From NCBI GenBank assembly GCA_051453625.1, contig JBOZIK010000001.1:17316760-17380759 (forward strand): a stretch of 64,000 nucleotides of DNA, given 5' to 3'. Below, piece after piece: positions 54,135-64,000 of this stretch. The position numbers and the translations under genes were made by a program. The notes under the pieces are model-generated. The model did no database searches. It worked only from the letters and a program-made list of their open reading frames with translations, and was not told the origin of the DNA. The DNA comes from Welwitschia mirabilis. Lineage: Eukaryota. The first letter of the stretch is position 1. Every line of letters begins with the position of its first letter.

Positions 54135-54619
54135 ATTAAGATTTGGTGGAATGTGAAAAGTCATAAGAATATGAGGATAAATGAAAGTTGGCAAAGATTC
54201 CATACATTTGAAGATAAAATATCATGAATGACGGTAGTTAAGAGAGGGGTTACATAACATCTCATAAATGATTGACTCATCATTGATTGCTTTTAATAAT
54301 ATAAATAAGATAAATGCTTCACATTTCATAATGAGAAAAAGGAATAAATAGCATGTCTTGACATTCAATTACATAAGTGAATAAAAGATATCATTTCCAC
54401 CACTAGAGCATATAAAAATTTGGTACAAAGATTTATTGAAAAGGTATTCATATTACAACTCAATAGTACTACATAGTAGTTACAATAATTAGGGTTTTAA
54501 GTAATTAAAAATTTTTCAATTATTTCTTAAAAAATAACTTTCAATTATTATAAGAAAAGTAAAAAAAATTGTGGATGTGACATTGCTGATCTCCTTAAAA
54601 AGTTTTATTCTTGAAACTT

Positions 54620-57032
54620 GCTAAGAGGTCAGGTCTCCATTGTGTAATATCTACTTTTTTTCCCAAGTTGCTTCATATATAGATTGATTTAACCACTAAA
54701 CTTTGTATAAAAGCATAGTTTTTCCTCTCAAAACCATCTACTTTCAATCAAGAATTTTAGTTATTTATGCTTTGATTAAATAATCTGGGAGTATGTTAAC
54801 TTCTTGATTTAGGATTACCTTACATTCATCAACCAAGCATTTTCTTAGCAAGGATACATGAAATACGTTATAAAGCATAGATATATGAGGTGGTAAGGCC
54901 AATTCATAAGCAATAGGCCCAATCCCCTTAATAATCTAATAGGGCCCTATAAATCTTGGTGTAACTTTTCCTTTCTTATCAAATCTAAAGACTCATTTAA
55001 AAGGCGAACATTTGAGATAAATGTGATCTCCTTATTGAAGTTCTAATTGCCTTCTTTGATGGTTTGCACACTTAACTTGATGATCCTTTTCCATTTTTAA
55101 TCTATTTCAAATCAATATTATCTTCTCTTCAAGATCTTGAGTGAAAGGAACCCTTAACAGTCTCTTTTCAGCTACATCAAATGATGTAATAGGAGGCCTA
55201 TACATTCTACCATATAAAGCTTCAAAAGGAGCACAACCAATTAAATCTTAATGGCTATTATTATAGGTAAATTTCACTAATGATAAATGATCCATCTAAG
55301 TTCCCCCAAAATCTAGAATTATAGATCTCAGTAAATCCTTCAATATTTAGTTTGTTCTTTTAGTTTGACCATCCATTTGAGGATGAAAGATTATGCTTAA
55401 ATTTAAATTGGTTTCCAACTCATGATGAAAAGAAGTCCAAAATCCTTATGTAAACTTACTATCTCTGTCAAAAATTATCCTCTTTGGTAGACCATGCAAT
55501 CTAACAATGCATCTAATATATTCCTTGGCAATTCTTTCAACTGAATTAGTTGTCTTAACTGGATAAAAGTGTGCACTCTTAGTGGACAAATCAGTTACTA
55601 CAAAAATGGAATCATATCCTTCTTTTAACTTTGATAGATCTATAATAAAATCTATCTCAACTACTTNNNNNNNNNNNNNNNNNNNNNNNNNNNNNNNNNN
55701 NNNNNNNNNNNNNNNNNNNNNNNNNNNNNNNNNNNNNNNNNNNNNNNNNNNNNNNNNNNNNNNNNNATTTAACTACTAAACTTTGTATAAATACATAGTT
55801 TTTCCTCTTAAAACGATCTACTTTTGATCAATAATTTTAATTGATTGAGCTTTGATTAAACAATCTGGGAGTATGTTAATTTCTTGATTCAGGATTACCT
55901 TACATTCATCAGCCAAACATCTCCTTAGCAAGGATACATGAAAGCCATTATGAAGCATAGATAGATGAGGTGGTAAGGCCAATTCATAAGCAATAGGCCC
56001 AATCCTCTTAATAATCTAATAGGGACCTATAAATCTTGGTGTAACTTTTCCTTTCTTATCAAATCTAAAGACTCCTTTAAAAGGTGAACATTTGAGATAA
56101 ATGTGATCTCCTTTTCGAAATTCTAATTTCCTCCTTTAATGGTTTGCACACTTAGCTTGATGATCCTTTTCCATCTTTAACCTATTTTGAATTAATATTA
56201 TCTTCTCTTTAAGATCTTGAGTGGAAGAAACCCTTAATAGTCTCTTGTCAGCTACATCAAACCATGTAATAGAAGGGCTATACCTTCTACCATATAAAGC
56301 TTCAAAAGGGCACAACCAATAAATTCTTAATGGCTATTATTGTAGGTAAATTCCACTAATGTCAAATGATCCATCCAAGATTCCCTAAAATCTAGAATTA
56401 TAGATCTCAATAAATCCTTTAAGATTTAGTTTGTTATTTTAGTTTGACCACCCATCTGAGGGCAAAAGGCTATACTTCAATTTAAGTTTGTATTTAAGTT
56501 TGTTCCCAAATCATGATGGAAAGAAGTCCAAAATCCTGATGTAAACTTACTATCTCTGTTAGAAATTATCCTCTTTGGTACACCATGCAATCTAACAATG
56601 CATCTAACATATTCCTTAGTAATTCTTTCAACTAAATCAGTTGTCTTAACTAGACAAAAGTGTGCACTCTTAGTTAACAAATCAGTTACTACAAAAATGG
56701 AATCATATCCTTCTTTTGACTTTGATAGACCTATAATAGAATCCATCCCAACTACTTCCCATTCTGGAATGTCATAAGGATATAAAATTTTAGCTAGGTA
56801 TTAATGTTTAGCTTTTATCAATTAGCAAATCATGCATTTTGATACATAATCCATAATTTTTTACTTCATTCCTAGCCACCAAAAGTGTTATTTGATGCCC
56901 TTATACATCTTGTTAACTTTGGGATGGATAGCATATCAAGTACTATGGAACTCCTTATAAATGATTTTCTTTACTTGGTCCTTATTTGTTATTATTATCC
57001 TTCCCAAATAAGAAAGAATTCCATTAGTTGAA
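54620..57032 (-). pseudogene. pol: Integrase with GPY/F motif and chromodomain; C-terminal ~950 bp present twice across the 55647-55766 gap
   Basis: HHCC remnant YAIHPKVNKMY...FWWLGMK...SKCMIC, ORF 56477-56746 (GYDSIFVVTDLLTKSAHF...IVRLHGVPKRIISNRDSKFTS), PRFIGPY, and chromodomain KILD*K*MVLRGKTMLLYKV*WLNQSIYEATWE. Confidence 0.95.
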
Positions 57033-57466
57033 NNNNNNNNNNNNNNNNNNNNNNNNNNNNNNNNNNNNNNNNNNNNNNNNNNNNNNNNNNNNNNNNNNNN
57101 NNNNNNNNNNNNNNNNNNNNNNNNNNNNNNNNNNNNNNNNNNNNNNNNNNNNNNNNNNNNNNNNNNNNNNNNNNNNNNNNNNNNNNNNNNNNNNNNNNNN
57201 NNNNNNNNNNNNNNNNNNNNNNNNNNNNNNNNNNNNNNNNNNNNNNNNNNNNNNNNNNNNNNNNNNNNNNNNNNNNNNNNNNNNNNNNNNNNNNNNNNNN
57301 NNNNNNNNNNNNNNNNNNNNNNNNNNNNNNNNNNNNNNNNNNNNNNNNNNNNNNNNNNNNNNNNNNNNNNNNNNNNNNNNNNNNNNNNNNNNNNNNNNNN
57401 NNNNNNNNNNNNNNNNNNNNNNNNNNNNNNNNNNNNNNNNNNNNNNNNNNNNNNNNNNNNNNNNNN

Positions 57467-58520
57467 TCCGTGCCTAGAAGCATCTGTAAAAACTATATAG
57501 ATTTTTCCTAGTTCTGCCATTTTTAAAATAGAATTAGATATAAGTGCTTCCTTTAGTCTTTGAAATGCTTCATCACATTGGGCAGTCTGAACAAAAGAAT
57601 GATCCTTTCTTAGCAATATTATAAGAGGGACTACAATCTTATAAAAGTTTGGAATGAACCTCTGATAATATCCTGCTAAACCAAGAAAAATCCTCACCTC
57701 TATTACTGATTTAGGATTAGGTCAATCTACCACTGCTTGTACTTTATCATTGTCTATGGTAATTCCTTCCTTAGATATCACATGTCCTAAAACTTTAATC
57801 TCAGTTAACCAAAATTCACATTTTTTAAGGTTGGCATAGAAATTTTTTCTTTCTCAATATCTCTAACATAATTCATAGATGATTTTCATGCTATTCCTTA
57901 ATTGTTGAATATATTAGTATATCATCAATGAATACCACCACAAATTCATCAAGGTAAGCTCAAAAAATATTGTTCATTATCATCATAAATGTAGTAGGTG
58001 CTTTGGTGAGTCCAAATGGTACTACTTGAAATTCATAATTACCATACCTCATATAAAATATCATTTTGCAAATGTCTTCTTCATTTATTGTAAGTTGGTA
58101 ATATCCTGATTTAAGGTCAATATTTGATAAAAAATTTGTAAATTTTAGTTAATCAAAAAGGTCTTCTATCCTAGGCAAGAGATAACTATTCTTAATTATC
58201 ACCCTGTTCAAAATTCTGAAGTTCACACACAACCTTAAACCACTATCCTTTTTCTTAACAAATAGAACTGGCACACCCTAAGGAGAAATACTTTTTCTAA
58301 TTAACTCCTTATCTAGAAGTGCTATTAATTATGTTTTTAATTCTACTAATTCTATAAAAGGAATTCTATAAGGTGCTCTTGAAATTTGTTCTGATCCTTC
58401 TTTAAAGATTATCTCGAAGTCCTCTACCCTTTTGGATGGATAACCTGACAAGTCTTTTGCAAAACCATCTAAATACTCTTGTGCTACTAAAATGTTCAAT
58501 AAGTTTGGCTCATGATGCAA
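57467..58520 (-). pseudogene. pol: Ty3/gypsy reverse transcriptase and RNase H start
   Basis: ISRAPYRI, VPFGLTKAP, YLDEFVVVFIDDILIYS (~57905-57958), and FLGLAGYYQRFIPNF...VFTDAS. Confidence 0.95.
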
Positions 58521-58559
58521 AGAATGATTAAATTTAATGATCCTAAAAGCTTATCCATG

Positions 58560-60419
58560 TCTGACTTCTCTTTTTATGCCTACTTTTCATTATTTGTTCA
58601 AACATGGGATTTGACAAAATTGGCAAATTCATTCTTCTTCCTTTAGAATCTATCACTAACATCATTCTATGGTAGTAATCTATCTATGCCTTATTACTTT
58701 ACAACCAATTCATTCCTAAAATAATATCAAAGTAATCCAGCTTCAAAACTAGTAATTGAATTATGAAATTTAAATCATCAATTTGTAACATACACAAAGG
58801 AGTTTACCANNNNNNNNNNNNNNNNNNNNNNNNNNNNNNNNNNNNNNNNNNNNNNNNNNNNNNNNNNNNNNNNNNNNNNNNNNNNNNNNNNNNNNNNNNN
58901 NNNNNNNNNTTTTAAAAAAACATCTAAATACTCTTATGCTACTAAAATGTTCAATAAGTTTGGCTCATGATTCAAAGAATGATTAAATTTAACGATCCTA
59001 AAAACTTATCCACTTCTGACTTCTCTTTTTATGCCTACTTGTCATTAGTTATTTAGACACGGGATCTGACAAAATTAGCAAATTCATTCTTCTTTCTTTA
59101 GAATCTATCACTGACATCCTTCTATGGTAGTAATCTATTTGTGCCTTATTATCTCACAACCAATTCATTCCTAAAATAATATCAAAGTAACCTAGCTTCA
59201 AAACTAGTAATTAAATTCTAAAATTTAAATCATCAATTTGTAACATACAAAAAGGAGTGTACCAATTATTTTTAGTTGTCTNNNNNNNNNNNNNNNNNNN
59301 NNNNNNNNNNNNNNNNNNNNNNNNNNNNNNNNNNNNNNNNNNNNNNNNNNNNNNNNNNNNNNNNNNNNNNNNNNNNNNNNNGTTGTCTTCCATCTAGAAG
59401 TTCTACAATTAATTACTTAGTCTTCAAAAGTTTTAAGAATATCTTACTAGCTCTCTCATAGAAAATGAAGGAATCGAATGCACTAAGGTCTAATAAAAAT
59501 TTCACAAGAAAGTTTAATAATGTACTTGAAGTTTGTAAAATTACTTTTAGTTGGGTGCCTTCTTTGGAAACTAAGGCATACGACTTACTAATATCTAAAT
59601 AAGTAGATTCCCCCTTCTTCTTAGGGTACTCTCTGAGATAGTGGGGTCCTTGGTNNNGAAAACACTTTACATTTCTGATATTAGTAATCTGATTATTTCT
59701 TAGTGGTCTATCCATTTTGCCTCTTTCTCTAGTTGGTTGAAATGTTTCCTTGTTGTTGACTTTGGTCATATTCACCTTGGCTCTTTTTCTGAATAAATCT
59801 ATACTTGGATTAAAGGGCTTTTTCCATGGTTAAATCCTTCTCATCTCATGAGGCATCTTTCTTTTATCTCTAATATTTTTATTTGTGGACCATGATCCTT
59901 CACTGATTCTTGCTTTTTCTAATGCTTCTACAATGGTTTTAGGTTGGAATAATTTAACTTGATTTTAAATTGCAAGATGTAACCCAGCCATATGAACCTT
60001 TAATTCTTTTCTTTCTACTAACTTAGGAACATATCATAAAAGTTCTATGAATTTGTATTCATATTAAGCTATAGTCATTGATTCCTCTCTAAGGCCATAG
60101 AATTCATTGGCTTTTGAATTTAAGAAAAACACTGAAATATAACTGCCTTTAAATCTTTCTTCAAATGCCTCCCAAGAAATAAATGAAGGAAGAGGTATTT
60201 GAAGTTTTCTACATCCCACCATAAGGCTGCTTCTTTCATAGGCTAATGGATTACTAGTAAATCTTTTATTTAGAGGTAAAATCAAATAAATCCAGTTCTC
60301 TTTTTATAGAGATTAACTAAGCTTCTGCATCAGCTATGTTATCAACACCCATAAAAGTTGGAGGGTTTATTCTTTTAAATTGCATCATTAATTTCTTGAT
60401 AGATTCACCACTTTCTCTA
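58560..60419 (-). pseudogene. gag: gag (Retrotrans_gag, zinc knuckle) and aspartic protease of the Tekay element
   Basis: FKRINPPTFMG, ISWEAFEERF...KANEFYGLREESMTIA, KCF..QGPHYLREYP, LLDLSAFDSFI (cf. LFDSGASHSFI) and FDIILGMNWL. Confidence 0.9.
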
Positions 60420-60730
60420 NNNNNNNNNNNNNNNNNNNNNNNNNNNNNNNNNNNNNNNNNNNNNNNNNNNNNNNNNNNNNNNNNNNNNNNNNNNNNNNNN
60501 NNNNNNNNNNNNNNNNNNNNNNNNNNNNNNNNNNNNNNNNNNNNNNNNNNNNNNNNNNNNNNNNNNNNNNNNNNNNNNNNNNNNNNNNNNNNNNNNNNNN
60601 NNNNNNNNNNNNNNNNNNNNNNNNNNNNNNNNNNNNNNNNNNNNNNNNNNNNNNNNNNNNNNNNNNNNNNNNNNNNNNNNNNNNNNNNNNNNNNNNNNNN
60701 NNNNNNNNNNNNNNNNNNNNNNNNNNNNNN

Positions 60731-63700
60731 NAAAACGAAATGACCCACCCATGAATTATGAAGATTTTAACTTACTTCAAGGCCAAAATTTAATCCCAAG
60801 ATATCACAGTTACAAATTTCAAGTAATGCTCTTATACTCATATGTGATATCCCTAAAAAGATCAATTTGAAGAAAAGGAAAAACTTACATTCCTTTATAT
60901 AAGAATTATGAGTACTTAAGTAAGGCTTAAATTTAAATTGCACATGAAATAATATGATAGAAAGGGCCTCTACAAAAGAAAGAAAAAGTTTCAATCAATT
61001 TCATTAAANNNNNNNNNNNNNNNNNNNNNNNNNNNNNNNNNNNNNNNNNNNNNNNNNNNNNNNNNNNNNNNNNNNNNNNNNNNNNNNNNNNNNNNNNNNN
61101 NNNNNNNNNNNNNNNNNNNNNNNNNNNNNNNNNNNNNNNNNNNNNNNNNNNNNNNNNNNNNNNNNNNNNNNNNNNNNNNNNNNNNNNNNNNNNNNNNNNN
61201 NNNNNNNNNNNNNNNNNNNNNNNNNNNNNNNNNNNNNNNNNNNNNNNNNNNNNNNNNNNNNNNNNNNNNNNNNNNNNNNNNNNNNNNNNNNNNNNNNNNN
61301 NNNNNNNNNNNNNNNNNNNNNNNNNNNNNNNNNNNNNNNNNNNNNNNNNNNNNNNNNNNNNNNNNNNNNNNNNNNNNNNNNNNNNNNNNNNNNNNNNNNN
61401 NNNNNNNNNNNNNNNNNNNNNNNNNNNNNNNNNNNNNNNNNNNNNNNNNNNNNNNNNNNNNNNNNNNNNNNNNNNNNNNNNNNNNNNNNNNNNNNNNNNN
61501 NNNNNNNNNNNNNNNNNNNNNNNNNNNNNNNNNNNNNNNNNNNNNNNNNNNNNNNNNNNNNNNNNNNNNNNNNNNNNNNNNNNNNNNNNNNNNNNNNNNN
61601 NNNNNNNNNNNNNNNNNNNNNNNNNNNNNNNNNNNNNNNNNNNNNNNNNNNNNNNNNNNNNNNNNNNNNNNNNNNNNNNNNNNNNNNNNNNNNNNNNNNN
61701 CTAGTGCACCCTAATCTTGATACATTTTAGGCTGAATCAAATCAAAATTCTTCAAAACACATAAGGGAATCATCGCATTGGAAACCCTACAAATGTTCAG
61801 ACTATAGTCTCAACAGAAATGTGGCATACAATGAAGGGTAACGCTCCTTAACCAATAGCATTTTAGTGGTGTAATGGAAAGAGGCGATTATGATAAGAAA
61901 GTGGTTTAAATCCCACCACCACCAAAATGGTCCACAATTTGTTTAAATAGAACATCTCTCCTATTTTACATTTAAAATGTTATTTTAAGGTATAAATTAC
62001 AGTTATGGGTATTACCTTTCATTATTACATTAAATACTTCCCATTTGAATCATGATGATTCTTAAAATTTCCAAAAAAAATCATTACCAAAGATTTCCAC
62101 ATTTCATAACCTTATCATTAGATGACAAATATAGCTCATAACATAAGGTTAAGATTCAAGTTCCTTTACCAAATAATAATTAAAAATCTTCAAAGAACAG
62201 ATTTGATTAGAAACCTATAGAAGAAAAAACATCATTCCAAGTATTAATTTTTTTTTCTCAACAATCTTCAAAACTACAAGCCACACCCAAAAAGAAAAAT
62301 AGATTTGATCTCACAATAACAACAAGTACTGTAAACTACACAAAAGAAAATAGAGGCTGTCTCATAATAAAAATTAATGTAATAAATACTTAAGCATTTA
62401 GAAATTGAAATCCAATAGCCCAAAAGAGGTACATTTAATCAAAATATTCTTCACCATTTTAGATCCATCAATCCTTCATAATTCATGCCATCTTAGCAAT
62501 TAGGCTCCATATTTTTCACTTGTCACAAAAGAGTATGGGATAAGAACTATGAAAATCTCATAGCCCCCAGTATGGCCCAGGCAAGAATAGGTATTTGAGA
62601 AGATACTTCAAGGACCAAGATGACAAGAAAAAGTTCAAGACTTTCAAGAAATCCAAGACATACACAGATAATGAGCTCATGGTTGTANNNNNNNNNNNNN
62701 NNNNNNNNNNNNNNNNNNNNNNNNNNNNNNNNNNNNNNNNNNNNNNNNNNNNNNNNNNNNNNNNNNNNNNNNNNNNNNNNNNNNNNNAATTATAGTTATG
62801 GATATTACCTTTCCTTTATTCAATCCAATATTTAAGCTTTCATAAAAACTAAGGGGCATTACCTAATACCCATTCTCCAAGATTACAAAATTATTATATT
62901 AAATACTTCCATTTAAACCATGATGATTCTTATAATTTTCAAAAAAAATCATTACCAAAGATTTCCACATTTCATAATCTTATCATTAGATGACAAAAAT
63001 AGCTCATAACATAAGGATAAGATTCAAGTTTCTTTATCGAATAATAATTAAAAATCTTCAAATAACATATTTTATTGCAAACCTATAAAAGAAAATACAT
63101 CATTTCAAGTATCAATTTTTTTTTCCAACAATCTTTAAAACTACAAACCACACCCAAAAAGGAAAATAGATTTGGTCTCATAATAATAACAAGTACTGTA
63201 AACTACTCAAACGAAAATAGAGTCTATCTCATAATAATAATTAATGCATTGAATACTTAAGCATTTAAAAATTGAAATACAATAGCCCAAAATAGGTACA
63301 TTTAATTAAAATATTCTCCATTATTTTAGATCCATCAATCCTTTATAATTCATGCCATATTAGCAATTAGGCTCCATATTTTCACCTGTCAAAAAAGAGT
63401 ATGAGATGAGAACTGTGAAAATCTCACAGCCCCATGTATGGCCCAGGCAAGAATAGGTATTTCATAAGATACTTCTAGGTTCGAGACGATAAGGAAAAGT
63501 TCAAGACTTTTAAGAAATCCAAGATATACACAAATAATAAGCTCACGGTTATGTATGAAAATATCAAATATGTAATCTCCATTATTAATAACTTCACTGC
63601 CTCGTTTGGCAATATATGAAGCCCACTACCTATTTAGCTTCACTGAATTATTTGGTGATTGGTGAAGTCCGCTGCCTCATTTGGCGATCTATGGTATACT

Positions 63701-64000
63701 TAATCATCATCAACTTGACTACCTCATTTGGCAATCTATGCAGCTCACTATCTCATTCAATGATTTGTAATACTCTCAATCATCATTAACTTGATTACCT
63801 TATTTGACAATCTGTGAAGTCCACTACCTCATTTGGCGATCTATGGTAATATGATATCTCCACTGCCTTATTTGATGATTTGTGAAATTTTCTCTTCACT
63901 ACCTCATTTGATGATCTGTGAAGTCTAGACAAAATAATGTTTTAAAGATAAAGAAGTTTGAACATAATAATATACCTTGTCAAGAGAACAACTTCATGGA
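60731..64000 (-). repeat. 5' LTR of the Tekay element (truncated by the window; PBS presumably in the 60420-60730 gap)
   Basis: Matches 50835-53800 in order; includes a gap-flank duplicate 61993-62687 / 62788-63555. Confidence 0.9.
63592..63923. repeat. Tandem array in the 5' LTR, about 10-11 units
   Basis: Same core as 53407-53738, with a different unit and linker arrangement. Confidence 0.85.

Larger units (their letters stand above)
50830..54582 (-). repeat. 3' LTR of the Tekay element (~3.5 kb)
   Basis: Begins TGTCACATCC on the minus strand at 54582, directly after the eroded PPT (ttgctgatctccttaaaaag on +). Left end (t)GTAGC at the gap edge. Collinear with 60731-64000. Confidence 0.88.
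50830..64000 (-). mobile_element. Chromoviral Ty3/gypsy (Tekay/Del-like), near full length, decayed; 5' LTR runs past the window end
   Basis: gag-PR-RT-RH-INT-chromodomain order on the minus strand, between two long homologous LTRs. Confidence 0.93.

Noticed and set aside
54690-56757. Retrotransposon with a genuinely duplicated integrase
   Set aside because: The two copies flank an N-gap like the other gap-flank pairs, so this is most likely an assembly artefact.
16684-62859. Long ORFs in the supplied track that run through X stretches (e.g. 16684-17151, 20652-21287, 31217-31765, 57028-57477)
   Set aside because: They are open only because N-gaps contain no stop codons.

Overview
AT-rich, CpG-depleted plant-type heterochromatic DNA from a gappy scaffold. 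I found no intact host gene, rRNA or CRISPR array; almost all of it is old, nested, decayed LTR retrotransposon. Left to right: (1) the 3' part and 3' LTR of a + strand Athila-like element (1-~6320); (2) a minus-strand SIRE-like Ty1/copia (~9100-38023), split by Athila-like element A (14839-36401), whose 5' LTR is in turn split by the related element B (27168-36015); A and B show gag and protease but no RT, RNase H or integrase; (3) an Athila gag-pol relic (38124-40390), followed by three same-family LTRs nested in one another (40397-50770); (4) a chromoviral Tekay/Del-type Ty3/gypsy on the minus strand (~50830 to beyond 64000). Both long Tekay LTRs carry a tRNA-like Pol III A-box/B-box cassette and an array of hairpin-capable repeats. 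More than 20 N-gaps are flanked by two copies of the same sequence, about 6-10% different in the pairs counted by hand, including the same insertion junctions. Two diverged versions of the locus therefore appear interleaved in the assembly. All boundaries and identities come from reading by eye and are approximate.
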